Shown here piece by piece: positions 40,201-53,439 of a stretch of DNA of 64,000 nt (its first letter is position 1; each line of letters begins with the position of its first letter). Under the pieces are notes generated by a model. The model did no database searches. It was given only the letters and a program-made list of their open reading frames with translations, and was not told where the DNA came from. The position numbers and the translations under genes are program-made. The DNA is from Bugula neritina. Taxonomy: Eukaryota; Animalia; Bryozoa. The DNA is taken from contig OZ037772.1 in NCBI GenBank assembly GCA_964035545.1, positions 7,300,889-7,364,888 of the forward strand, read 5' to 3'.

Positions 40201-40504
40201 ATAGTATAAAATCTCTCTGTTTCTCAGGTACTACTGACTCCACCAGTAATTGAGCAATCTTCTGATTTGTTGAAAAATGAAGAGCTGTCTCGCCTTTGTT
40301 ATCTTTTGCCAATATCAGTTCATCTTTTAATGGCAAACTACAGAAGTATTCCACTACATCTGTTTTACCATTGGCAGCAGCTTCATGTAGTGCTGTGGAC
40401 TGATTCTCATCAACTAATAGTATCAAATTTTCCCGTTCGTCTAAAGTAACTGACTCTATTAGTTGTTTTGCTGTCTCCTTATCTTTAACATAATGCAAGT
40501 TCAT
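34291..40504 (-). CDS. Ankyrin-repeat / pseudo-caspase / caspase protein A (~1557 aa)
   Basis: Exons 40504-37286 (~26 ANK repeats), 37097-36963, 36693-36587, 36485-36086 (RGKALILCN), 35637-35428 (ILSHG), 35176-34935 (LFLSACRG...VPVDCYIMFSTLPD), 34651-34291. All GT-AG, frame continuous to TGA. An upstream exon is not excluded. Confidence 0.9.
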
Positions 40505-41747
40505 TGTTATTTTGATTTTCTATTCAATGTAAATTAATAAACTCACCAGTCCTGTAAGATTACAACCTTTAAGAATAGAGTAGTCATTTGATGATTGATA
40601 ATCCAACACGAGCCTACGCTTACTAGTTACTTACTAAATAACTGAAGCGTGAGTAACTGCTCCCTGCCATAGGCATATGAGTTACTAAGCTTCGAAATCA
40701 TTAAGTATAGTGGGATAATGTGTTATCTTATAGTCTACAGTTTTGCAGTCAACGCGATATCACTAAGTAAACGCGCTGAGTCATTACGATATCCCTTAGT
40801 ACTAGTGGCGTATTGTCGCTTTGGTTAGTAGATAGCTATGTGCATGACTACTAGCGGGTATAATGATATTATTGGCTTAGCGCAAGCATTCTTAGCCTAT
40901 GCCCTCTAGCTTTCAACAAGGCTAGCGCTATTGAGTAGTTGCGTAGGCCTGCCAATTAAAAACTACGGCTTTATTTATAAAGGCATATTCGGTATTGCTA
41001 ATAATAGCGACTTCTGTAACTAAGGCTATCATTAATTACTATAATATCTGTTTTACCTCATAAGCAACTGCCATTCAATAAAATCAATGCCGTGAAAGAC
41101 GAAGTGAGATAGGTGCAATATAACAATTATGTAGAGCACAATAAAGCTGAATTATTTACCCTTGAATAAAATCACTCAACTATATAAAGACAATTTGCTA
41201 TCAATACTGCAGTTTTAATTGAAGGCTTCAGAAATATGTAGTCTTAACAATTGTTATTTAGTAGGTATAATACATAATTTAACTTATACAATAATAGTTT
41301 TTGGTCATTTGCATTTAAATTGGTGCTCCAGTTTTACGTTCAATGAACAGATAATCAAAATAAACTAAAATAGCCCAGTTTTCTTAATTTTCTATAGCAA
41401 TATAGGTTAGGATCACAGGCTAATATTTTAGCTATGTAGCTAAAATTCTTTCCTGTAATTTTTTACCTGCACCTGACCATGCAGTTTATATTATGATTTA
41501 TTGTGATTATGCACTCTTCAATATATTATAACTATTTTAAGAACAGTTGGGTAAAGGTCACAAATAACAATCACCCTGACAAGTAAAAACTATGTATTAG
41601 GAGATACACATTATTGCTGTAATCATGCTTCAGCTTTACATAACAAATGCCAACTTTACAGGAAATGTAGGTTATAAAGCCCAACAGTAATTCTTAGCTA
41701 ATGGTGGAAGCTAAATGCATGGGCATATGTTACTGCTGTGGAATATA

Positions 41748-41759
41748 GGGGAATTCCCC
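41748..41759. promoter_or_regulatory. Perfect palindromic NF-kB/Rel site GGGGAATTCCCC
   Basis: Exact 12-bp palindrome in the spacer between divergently transcribed genes A and B. Confidence 0.6.
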
Positions 41760-42976
41760 AAAAGTACGAGTGTGCAGCAAAGGTGTCACTTGGCCTTCAC
41801 CCAAGCGATTAGCAGGAAAAGGCTCATGGTGAAAAGAGTTATGAAGGCTAACTTTGATTAAATTATGTGACTTAGTCTAATACTCGTTCAGTTACTTAGC
41901 CTATTTTATGAATGAGTATATAATTTGGAAAAACTTTGCCCCCCACCGGGATTCGAACTATAACAGACTTCTGGCTTGCAAGCAGACGAGCTAAACCATT
42001 ACAACACAGGGGCTGCTGGGTTAACTCAACATTACATAATTCAGGCAGTAACTAAACTAGTTTGTTCATAATTCTGTAAAAAAGGGCACATGCTGCTACT
42101 GGGTGAGGGTTACCTGAGATAATCAAATTTAACTTTCAGTTTTAAAACTTGCAGTTATAGCTGGTCAAAATAAATTGGCTTGTTTGAAACTCTAACTGGC
42201 AGAGGCTAAATGCTAACGTAAATAATTGCTAGAATAAAAACCGATTACACTACGTATAGACTGTAGTGCAAGAGTTGTCTTCTCTTTTTTCTTGAGTACA
42301 AATAAATAACTCCATTACACCTAGTTGTTAGTATACTGCAGTTGAGTTAATATACATGATTACGCAATTTATTATCATTATTTATGCATAATTAAGACAA
42401 CTTTTACAACCACAATTTTTTTTATATTGGAAAATATAGTATGACTGTATGCATGATTGGAATTGCACACAAGTTTCTGTAGGAGTGTACTTGAGCCCTG
42501 TATAATATACTGTAGCTTAAACAGAGTCACGATTCATTACTTGAAATAATGAACTTTGTTTAATGTTGCTTAAGTACACACTTTCAGCAACACAGCATCC
42601 TGTAGCATGTCATCATCTGTACATCACTAACTACAGTGCATTTTATATCTATAGGAAAGGTCGTGACCTTATGATTGTCATGTGCTGGCATTGAAGTAGG
42701 GCTGAGCCCATGTTTAACTATACTTACTGGTTAATTAACAGCAATTATGCTGGAAATCATATATTTAAGTAACACAACATATATGTAACTTGCATTAAGT
42801 AAGTTGTATGGTTGCCTAATGGACACAGCCTATCATGCAGCAATAAAATCAAACTCAGTTATATCATAATGAAATCATGAAAACAGTCATATACCATAAG
42901 ATTGAACTATAATAAAGTTATCTGCTTTGACTAAACATAATATTAGAGATACTTTTTATTTTAAATAATTTGAACA

Positions 42977-43081
42977 TGTAGTGTTGAGTTTACCCAGTGG
43001 TCCCCTTGGTGTAATGGTTAGCACACTTGCTTGCAAGCCGGAGGTCTTAGATTCGAATCTCAGTGGGGGCAAAATTATTTT
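42977..43081 (+). repeat. tRNA(Ala-TGC)-like short dispersed repeat, family 2 (representative copy)
   Basis: tgtagtg(t/a)tgagtttacccagtggtccc-tggtgtaatggttagcacacttgcttgcaagc...ttcgaatc...gggggcaattattt. Other copies: ~2150-2240(+), 3385-3456(+), 30078-30175(-), 32285-32365(-), 41935-42035(-), 53440-53537(-), 53663-53765(-), 61830-61910(+). Confidence 0.8.
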
Positions 43082-43637
43082 ACAGAACAGATAAAAACAT
43101 TTGTGATAAGTACTTAGTTTGCAGCTCATTTGTGAAATCCTGTTAGTATAATCACAGAGTTTTGTTGTACAGTTCTTTGAAAATCTTCAAGCATGATCAA
43201 ATGTGTTTTAGAAGATCGGCTCAGCCCTAGTTTTGCATATAACAATAATATTGGCATGGAATGATAGATTGTGCATAAGTTGTAAACGTGCAGGCAGTAG
43301 GTGAGCCTACACCATCAGTGCCTTATATAGAGGCAAAGGATGAATTTAGAGCTATGTTACTACAGCTCACTAATACAGCTAGTAGCTTGCTTATGCTAGT
43401 ATTGTGATTAGTAGAGATAAGGACGTTTGCTCTGCTTATCTAGCCTTGTGATAGAGTATTAGTAACTCCAGTCACTGATACATGGTTATAGTTATAGAGG
43501 CATAAAGATTATTCACTGCAAATAACAAGAGATAAAATTTTGGAGAGGAGCTCACCCTAAGCCTAAAGCTGAAGCATCTCATTTTTAGCAAGGAAAGAAA
43601 GTACCTATATACAACGCTGTATAGACATAAACAGAAG

Positions 43638-46600
43638 ATGGATAAAAATCTTGGTGGAACACCTCTACACTATGCTGAAAATAGAGATAGAGCAAAACTA
43701 CTCGTAGAGTCAGTTACAGCAGAAAAACAGAGAGAATTTATACTATCTGTAGATAAGTATCAGTGTACAGCACTACATAGGGCTGTCGTTAACAATAGAA
43801 TTGATGTAGTAAAATATTTCTGTAGTTTATATCCAACTTCTGATGAACTAATACCAAAGAAAGGTAAAAATGGTTGGACTGCTCTTCACTATGCCAACAA
43901 TGTAGAGATTGCAAAGTTACTTGTGGAGTCGTTGGCACCAGAGAATCAAAAGCAGTTTATATTATCTGTTGATGATAGTGAGCAGACAGCACTGCACGTT
44001 GCCATCTCTGTTGGTGAGGCTGATGTGATCAAATATTTGTGTGAGGTACGCCAAAATAATGATGAGCTGCTATTCAAAAAAGACAGTTTTGGTTACACTC
44101 CTCTTCATATAGCTAAAGCCGATACAATAGCGGAGACACTTTTACAGTCAGTTACGCCAGAATTGAGAAAGAAATTTCTGTTCTCTGTAAGTAATAATCA
44201 ATGCACAGCATTGCATGAAGCAGCCATCTTTGGTAGAACCAAGGTTGTCAAATATTTGTGTAGTTTACCTCTAACTGATGATGAGTTTATAATGAAAAGA
44301 GAAGAGGAAGGCAAAACAGCTTTGCACTTGGCAAAAAACAGAGAAATTGCGCAACTGCTTGTTGAGTCAGTTTCAACAAAGAAACGAAACAGCTTAGTTT
44401 TATCCGTTGATGAAGAGGGCATGACTGCATTGCATGCGGCATCTGTACTAGGAGCAGCTGATGTAATAGAATATCTTTGTGGTATATCTTTAGAAAACGA
44501 TCAGTTACTGTTGAAAAAAACATTTACTGGCTGCACGGCTTTACATGTTGCATATGATGAAACTGCTATCACCAGTCTTCTCCATTCAAGCAACCATAAT
44601 TGTATAAAAAGGTTACTGTTGGACAGAGATGATGAAGGTAACACGCCACTTCTCTCATTAGTCAGATTTGGCAAAGACGACGCCCTGAAATCGCTTCTTC
44701 AGCATATAGAGCAAAGTTATGGTTTAGGCACTTTGGTTTCCTCTTTACATAGGCGGAACAAAAAGAAGCAAAATATTTTGCACCTTGCGGCTTTGTCACC
44801 AACCTTGAGAGAATTGTATAGTGTACTGGAAGAGTATTTACCAGACATAAATATTAAAAATATGATGTACCCAGATGTATACGGTAACACACCAATTCAC
44901 TATATCGCTGCCAAGTATGACACCAGAGCCTGTGCAGACTTTATGCAGTATGTTCCCTTATCAATGAGACACATTATTGTAAATTCAACAAACAAACAGC
45001 AAACCAACTGTAGAAACATTGTTCAACGGAAAGCATTTGACGAAAAGTTTTACATCCAGGGAGTGCTTTGTGATGATTCTGAAAAATCTTTACTGTCCAA
45101 ATTTTCCAATGTTCGGCAGTTCTTTTTTAATGAGTTCCAGCAACAGCTGGACCTGATTGTGCCTGAAAATGCCTATAAATATAATGAAGTGTTTTTCAAA
45201 GTGGTCAAATATTCTTTAAATGAATATTCATTGCTAGACTCTGCTTATACAACGTCACACACATTGTTTTCTTCAGCTGCTGATGCACAAAAATCCCTTT
45301 TGCTTTTTTTGTCAACAAATACGCAACCTGAAAACATCGTAAGTGGGCTCATGCTGGCTATGTAATTGACTGTATCAGCATAATAAATTGCAATTTTACT
45401 TTGTTTGCTTCAACAATTGTGAGAAAAACTTTAGCTGTCAGTAAAAGCAGATTGTGTTGGTGCTGCAGCAGTTTTATTAATGACCAGAAGTGCAAGCTAT
45501 CAATTTGATTAAAATTGTCAAAACTTTTAAATTTAGTTTCTATCTTTGTAATAATCTATGATGATGAGAGGTTTATCTGCATTCTAGACTTGTTTGATTG
45601 TAGGGCAAATGAAATTTTAATTCTATCCATTGTCTGATATTAACAATTAGGACCTTTTTTAAATTAGAACCTATATTATGACCTTGAGTATCGTTTAAAA
45701 CAATAGTATTCTTTTAGCAGAAGTCAGCAGAAGACTATCTACTTATAGCCATAGACATGGAAGACGTGGAAAAACCTAAACAAGAAACTGTGCAACAAAC
45801 ACTCAATGAAATGGACTTGGCTACATTCAACAGCAAACCCAAGGTCTTATTCTTATATCTATACTACCTATATACCTGTCAGCTGTATCATTGCATGAAA
45901 TCCCAATGTGTCGAAGGTAAACGATAGTTGATTCAGTCCTAAGTCACTATAGCTATGTATATATTGTGGTAGAAATACGTACATTGTGGAGTTGTCTTTT
46001 CTTATGTTTTTATTGTGTGGAATTACCTTCTGCTAATCTCATTTTTTACAACTTATGAAACACAATCATGTAATTCCATCCTGTCCGAAAGTCGGATTGC
46101 TGATTATCGGGCTACTGATAATCGAACCAAGTTCCAATTATCAGACTTTCGATTATCGGAGAGCCGATATTCGGGCCCCCCCCCGACTTTCGGACAGAAT
46201 GAGAACAAAGGATTCTTTGTCTACTTTTATTTTGTTTTGTAAACCATTTCTCTATCTTATTTCAGTATAAAAGCATGCGAGCTCACAGTGTAGATTCAGT
46301 CTATTATACTGGAGCTCTCCTGATACAGACTACCTATTAAATAATCTACTACACAATAAAGATTGATACTCTTGGCGATTACAACACCTGTTGTTATTTT
46401 CATATTAGAGTTATGTTTCACACTTAATTACATTCAACCCAAAAGTTAAAACATTGGTAGGGGACCTATTGAGGGTTTAGAAGAACAAGATGGCCAAAGG
46501 GGAGGAAGAGGACCAGCCCCAGAAGAGCCAGCAGGACCAGGCCATGAAGAGCCAGCAGGACCAGTCCCTGAAGTGCCGGCGGGACCAGCCCTTACGTTGG

Positions 46601-49600
46601 AAGCTCTGGTGACAGCCCTCCGAGAAGTCCAAGAGGCTAAAGATGTGCCACCTGGTGACAGGTACCGCTTCAAGCCCCCAAATTTCAGAGGGGACAGCGA
46701 TGTGGAGCAGCTTATCTGCGAGTTTGAGGATGTGGCCACCATCACTGAATAGCCAGCACCGGTGCGCGTCCTCCAACTCTGGGCTTGTTTAACAGGCCAG
46801 GCCAGGAGCTTTGCTCTCGAGCCTGATAAAGCCTACATAATGCGGGCTCTCCAAACTCGTTTGGGGTTGACAGCCCAAGAAGCCGTGGACAAGCTACAAG
46901 GGCTCCGAAGGGATTGGAGGACAACCCTAGAAGACCATGCAAACTCGATTGAGAGGCTGGCCCAGACTGCTTTCAGTCAGGCTGAAGAAGAGAAGAGACG
47001 CCTGTTATATAATGCATTCTTTCGAGCCATTAATAACCCAGAACTACAACGCTACTGGTTGGCGGCCAAGGTAAGTAGCATTGAGGAGGCCTTGGAGATA
47101 GGCAAGGCCTATTTTCAGGTTGATGGGCCCCATGGATCGGACTTTATCGCCCACGAGGTGGCCGAAGAGGAAAAGGAGACCACCACACTCCCTATCCTGC
47201 AGGTGGCGGCAGCAGCTACAAAGTCGCCAGAGCAAACGCAGCTCACCACATTGATGAACATGGTGAAAGGCCCGCAGGTTACGGTGACTGAGCTGCAACG
47301 TGACCAGGCCAACAGGCGGGCTTCCCAATCGTGGGACGACCCTGTATGCCCCTCACAACCCACCTGCTTGGGAATGTGGTCCGTCAAAACATATGAGAAA
47401 GCTTTGTCCCAGGGGAGGATGGCTGCCTTTAAACTACCGAGGCTCACGGTAACTTCCGCCAACCGTAGGCCCCAAGCCAAACCCATCCGGGAGAAGGATC
47501 AGAAGACAATCAGGAAGGCCTTTATGGAGTCTGCTGATACTGAGTGGCAGGAACATCAGAGACCTCGGAGACCGCAAGGTCTACCCGATTCTCCAGCTCG
47601 ACCACTTAGTACCCGGTTGGAGTCTCAGGGCGCAGGATGGCAGGCACCTCGGAGATCTCGGAGACCGCAAGGTCTACCCGAATTGGCTAGACTGTCGGAA
47701 AGAGCTTCTCGCGCAGTGTATCAACCCCTTCACGGAACCCGTCCGATTATCAGCTGGAATGCTTGCGGGGAAGTACCACTTCATCCAGGAAGCGGATGTG
47801 GGGCTGGTACTGAAGACAGTGGCTGACACTCAGGGAAAACCCCCTCCTGCCAGTTGAGGAGCAGTCTCAGCGCACTTGGCTGACCTGTATGAAGGAGCGT
47901 GTAGCAACTGAACGCCAAGTACTGGCTCAACTACTCATGGAGTACAGTGATGTTTTCAGTCACGGCGATGGAGACATGGGGCTGACTAAGGTTGTCTCCC
48001 ACGCGATATCCCTAGCAGCCAGTACCACCCCCATCAGGCAGCCAACCCGACCTCTAGGGCAGGAGAAGGAGGTGAGCCGACAGGTACAGGATCTTTTCGA
48101 CCAGGACCTGATTGAGCATGCCCATGGTGGGTGGAGCTCGCCAGTAGTTCTGGTCAAGAAAAAGGATGGTAGCTGGAGGTTCTGTGTGGACTACTGCAGA
48201 CTCAACAGTGTTACCATCCAGGATGCCTACCCTCTGCCATCCGGGCTTACTTTTGCCCAGGCAACTTTCCAGCGGCTCATGGAGCAGGTCATCAGTGGAT
48301 TACACTGGAAGACCCTCCTAAACTATCTGGACGACGTCATTGTTGACTCATGTCAGTCATCTGCGAGCAGTCTTTAACCATCTCCGAGAAGCTCGACTAA
48401 ATTTGAAGCTCTCCATGTGTGCACTCCTGCAGCCAGAAGTCACGTATCTAGGCCATGGGATTGGCGGTGACGGGGTCGCTACCGACCCAGAGAAGGAGCA
48501 AGCTGTGAAGGAATAGACTGTTCCCCGCAACCTCCCTGAGTTGCGGGCATTCCTGGGCCTGGTAGGGTACTACCAGCAGTACATACCTGGGTTTGCAGGG
48601 GTGGCTCAGCCCTTGAATCGACTAACCTCCAAGGGGGTCCGGTGGCAGTGGACACAGGAGGACCAGCAGGCATTCGACCACCTCAAACAACGACTAATGG
48701 AGGCGCCATTTTGGCGTATCCTGATCCAGCCAAATAGTAGATCCTTGACACCAACACTTTGCTAATGTATTCTGCCTGTGTGGCAAATACTCACACCAAC
48801 GCAATTGTGAGTTGCGTCACTAGCGCATAGCGCGTTGCCACACGGGCAGCACATTTGTGGACAACGAGGCCACATTTTCGGGGTTCCGGGATCTCATCTT
48901 GCCACACGTTGGTGACACTCGTAAACGAGCCTCTCTCACTCTGGGTTTCCCAGCCTCTTCGGGTCATGCTGACACGGGTCAGTGGGAATTCCAACTCCAA
49001 TGCTCACGACCTGGATCGCCAACCCGCAGCAACGAGCAAGAAGAAGAAGACGGAGCGCCGTTCCACCACCACCACCACCCGGATCTCTCAGCCCACTCAA
49101 GAGCCCCTGCCATCAATGGAAGAGGAGGTGTGATGCCTGCGCCGGCAGATGCGGAGATATGAGGAGGATATGACGGCCCTACGGAGGCGGCTTAGCCACC
49201 TTGAGCATTCCAATGGCGGCCGACGTCACTGATGACAATTCCATTTCTTATGTATATGTGGTAGTGGGTGTGTGGTGTTTTCACATTTTTTTTCTGTGCG
49301 TGCAATTTATTTTACGTGTGTAGTTATTATTTTGTGTGTATTCCTACAGTTTTTTTTGGTTAGCTTCCCCTTTAGTTTTTTTGTGTGTTTAATGTATCGG
49401 AAAGTAGGCTTTCCGATAGGGGGTGTGTGTGGCAGAAATAGGTACATTGTGGAGTTGTCTTTTCTTATTTTTTTACCGTGTGAAATTACCTTTTTCTGAT
49501 CTCATTTTTTATAACTTATGTAACACAATCGTGTAATTTCATCTTGTCTGAAAGTCGAACGACTGATTATCGGGCTCCCGATAATCGAACCAAGTTCCGA

Positions 49601-52600
49601 TTATTGGAGAGCCACTATTTGGGCCCTCGACTTTTGGACAGAATAAAAATAAAAGATTCTTTGTCTACTTTTCTTTTGTTCTGTAAAAAATTTCTTTAAC
49701 CTATTTCGGTATAATAGCAAGTGAACTCACAGTGTAGATTTAGTCTACTACTGGAGCTCGCCTGATACAGACTACCTATTAAAGCATCCACTACACAATT
49801 AATATTGATAATCTTGGCGACTACAACACTTCTAGTTTTTCTCATACTAGAGTTATGTTCCACACTTAATTACATTCGACTCACAAGTTACTACAATATT
49901 TTATGCTTTGTTTAATGTAAAACTTCTAGATTTTTAAAATAACTCATAAAAATAACATTGAAGAGCAATTATCACGGTTGAGTTAGCAGTTGCATAAAAA
50001 TCAAGGTGTATTAGAATATTGCTAGGACATTTTTAAAACAATCGTAATTTATTTACTCTAGAAACTGAATAAATCTTAAAAAATTAATTATACTTGGCTA
50101 ACGTTATTTACCAAGACATTTATAATAGAAGAGGTATAAATACTTAATTGCAGTTTACTCATCTTATTAGAGAACTGGCAATGTGTTTTTACAAATTGCA
50201 TAAAATTACAATTCAGAGTGCCCAATCACATATAAAAACTCATGCAAGTTTATAGTCACCATCCCTGTGGGAACCCTAGATGAAAAAGGTAATTCTTGTT
50301 AAATCGGGCTTATAAAGATGAAGCACAGGAGCAATTGAGACTAGATGTGTTTCCTAACATCACTGATAGCTTTTTGTTGGGCTCAAACCCATGACTTCGT
50401 GTTTACTAGGCAAACACTCTAATCCCTAGACGACAACTGCTCCCTAGTGCCCAATCACATATAGCGACTTCAAAAAACAATACAAAAAATTAATAATGTA
50501 TTTTTTACCATGCCAATTAACAACTTGACACTTTTCAATTAAAAAGCGAAAATATTGTGTCATTTTTTACGCATAATTGTCATAATTTGTATTTACCAAT
50601 TATATATGTAAAACAGCTACTTGCAGGCAAGTTTTTATATAGAAATCAACTTTTTTCATTTGTATGTACAGCTTACAGTGACACTGAGATAGTACATAAA
50701 ATCTCTAAAAATTGTCCCACTGTTTAATTAAACTGGTGATTAAATTTTGCAGATAGCAGTGATACAGAGTTCTGTGAAAGAAGAGAATCTGAATTTACTA
50801 CCACCAGGTCCGGACTATCTGATACTTCTGATAAAACATGAAATTGATAATGACATTAAAAGGAGGTAAATTAAAGCAAAATGTATTTTGCATAACACCT
50901 TATTTTCAACTTTTTTTATCAGGTAGAATTATTGCTATATTATTATTTCTGTTGAAAGTCAATATTTAATGACATGTTAAATTATTTATGAAAAATAGTT
51001 ATTATCTACAGAACAACATTACCCGACATGAAAAGATGCAAATCATTTCATTCTCTGATCTCTGAGCTTACCTGTGATCCTGATGTACAGAAAGTGAGTG
51101 TAAACTCAACTCTGAACAAGAGATACATCAGAGATGATGATGGATTTCTGGTAGAAGATGGTGAAGAGAGAGGAACAGAAGATAGTGAAGAGAGAGAAAC
51201 AGAAGATGGTAAAGAAAGAGAAACAGATGATGGTAAAGAAAGAGAAACAGAAGATGGTGAAGAGAGAGAATCACAAGATGGTAAAGAGAGAGAAACAAAT
51301 AATGGACAAGAGAGAGAAGCAGATGATGGTAAAGAGAGAGAAACAGTTGATGATGAAGAGAGAGGAACAGATGGTGGTAAAGAGAGAGAAACAGAAGATG
51401 GTGAAAAGAGTAAACCACCTACTAATACATCAGAAAACTTCCTTCTTATTACCGGAGGCATCAGAGGCAAAGCTCTTATTATTTGCAACAATCTAACACT
51501 CTCGACTAAAGCAACTGAGCATGATAAGAAAATTTCTCAAAAGCGGATGAGAACTTTACCAATTGCCCAAAACATTCTAGCCAAGTACTTCGGACTTAGT
51601 GTAAGTATGGTTACCTTTATTGTTACATAGATCAGGTTGCATATGATTGCACACATGCACTAAAAATGAGGAAATTTTTTACTTTTCATCCAATTTCAAA
51701 GAGCATATATTGACTTGCTTATAAATGAAGGTAGTTAAAAATTTGTTGATATGCTTTTCATTGGTTCATTTTAAAGAAAAGCTAAAGCATAAATTTACCA
51801 CATATGGTTCCAGGCACCACATACATTAAAGAATCTGTCTAAGATTTTAGAAAGCTTTTCAGATACTGACTTGTAGGTGAAGCCAATGAAGCTTTCATTG
51901 CTAGGTATTTTATTAGCTTATTTAAAAAGTTCTCACTTTTATTATTGTGAAAAAATGAAACTGGTATTTGATCAACAGATCATTTCGTCTAATGTTATCT
52001 ATATATTCAAAAATAAAGCTGAAATTTGCATCATACCAATACCAATGAAAGGAAATTTTGCCAGCAACTTCTTTGCACTTTTTAATTAAATTAATTAAAA
52101 ATCCATAGATTGTCAAAGAGTGAATTTTTCTCATCCGAGGATCAGACAAAATTTCAAACTTGCAGTCAGAAATTATATTTTCCAGGTAGAAACAAAATGT
52201 GACATGTCTGCTGAGGAAATACTCAGTTCTGTATCAGAATTCTCAAGATCAAAAGGACATGGTTCAATGGCTGCTCTAGTTATCTTCTCTCATGGTAAAG
52301 ATGGACTGATTTATGGACATGATGGAAAGTCAAACTTCTCAGTACAGGAAGTGGTGGATAACTTCAACTCTGGACATGTTAGAGATATTCCGAAAGTAAG
52401 TTTAATTGCAGAGTTTCATTTGTTTAGTCTTAAAAAACATTTATTGAAGTAAAAATATAAAGATGATTGGTCTCATCTACCAAGTTGACTTGAAAACTTA
52501 TGATAGTCTGCCGAGATTTAAAAAAGCATCCAAAATATGTTTAGGTAATGTTCCTGTCCTGCTGCAGAGGAGATATTTCAGCCATATACAACAGGGCTCC

Positions 52601-53220
52601 TCATAGTTTTGAATCTAGCAATGAGTTTCCTGACATACCTTTCCTATATAGACCGGTGGGACAGGAACTGCCTCTTGCAGTCAAAGCTATAGAATGGGAA
52701 AGACAAGCTACAAAGCAAAGTCGTCCTCTTGATATTCCTGTAGACTGCTACGTCTGCTTTACAACTCTTCCAGACAGCAGGTAAAAATAGTATTCAAATC
52801 TTTGACTATCATCAGCACTTTCTAAAATGTCAAAACAAACAATTCTTATATCAAATTACTTATTAACAATATAATTTTATGTTTAGGTCAAAAGCCGGAA
52901 AGTTTTTCAAATACTTTTCTGAACATTTGTCCGAACTTACCAACAATAGTGCTCTCGACTCACCAACAGGCACAGACGTTGAGAGAGACACCATGTCTAG
53001 TTGCCCTTTACCAAATAGACAACTTCCACCAAATGTCTCTGTAGGACTTCCTGTTTCTCATCTATCTGTACAGAGAGTAGAACTAGTTGATCTGCTAACA
53101 GATGTAGCTGGAGTTCTGAGAGAGAAATTTCAATCTAAACAATGCTTTAACTTATGTTACTCTGTCAATAGAGAAAGCAAACAGGTGTTTATTGATCTCC
53201 TGCCTTTCCATATGCATTAA
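43638..53220 (+). CDS. Ankyrin-repeat / pseudo-caspase / caspase protein B (~1101 aa)
   Basis: Exons 43638-45338 (~12 ANK), 45721-45843, 50753-50865, 51012-51600 (acidic repeat, RGKALIICN), 52186-52395 (IFSHG), 52545-52780 (MFLSCCRG), 52887-53220. Intron phases match gene A. Intron 2 carries a Gypsy element. Start codon uncertain. Confidence 0.88.
45965..49895 (+). mobile_element. Decayed Ty3/Gypsy LTR retrotransposon in intron 2 of gene B
   Basis: LTRs 45965-46453 and 49428-49895 (TG...CA), ATAT target duplication (45961-45964 / 49896-49899), PBS-like TGGTAGGGGACC after the 5' LTR and a purine run before the 3' LTR. Gag-like frame with a stop; RT motifs [21 protein letters not shown] and YLDD; [10 protein letters not shown] connection region. 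Confidence 0.93.
46490..48765 (+). pseudogene. Gypsy gag-pol remnant
   Basis: In-frame stops and frameshifts; internal deletion in RT (DAYPLP joined to [13 protein letters not shown]); no recognisable protease or integrase. Confidence 0.85.
50233..50444 (-). mobile_element. SINE family 1
   Basis: Reverse-complement copy with 18-bp TSD agtgcccaatcacatata. Confidence 0.85.
51154..51410 (+). repeat. Coding 24-nt minisatellite encoding (EDGKERET)n linker in gene B
   Basis: About 10-11 copies of gaagatggtaaagagagagaaaca-like units; a shorter array is present in gene C (~57040-57140). Confidence 0.9.
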
Positions 53221-53439
53221 ATCTGCAGAAACAATAAACTCTGATATGGCTCAAGCAGTGATCTGCATCTATAAAGTATAAAGGCTGTTATATATACATA
53301 CTACTCACCAAAATAAAAGTATTATTGAAATCATAGTTTCTATTTTAGTTTTAAAAATGCAAGCTCTATAAACTTGTTTTTAAAACTTGAAGTGTCTGAT
53401 TCTTGAGTATAACACTAATTTGATGCTACAACATAAAAA

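Noticed and set aside
37414-40449. Short antisense or alternate-frame ORFs over the ankyrin and caspase exons
   Set aside because: Shadow ORFs of the real coding frames.
42990-43075. tRNA gene calls for the tRNA-like heads
   Set aside because: Acceptor and T stems do not pair properly and the copies are divergent and dispersed; these are repeat-derived.
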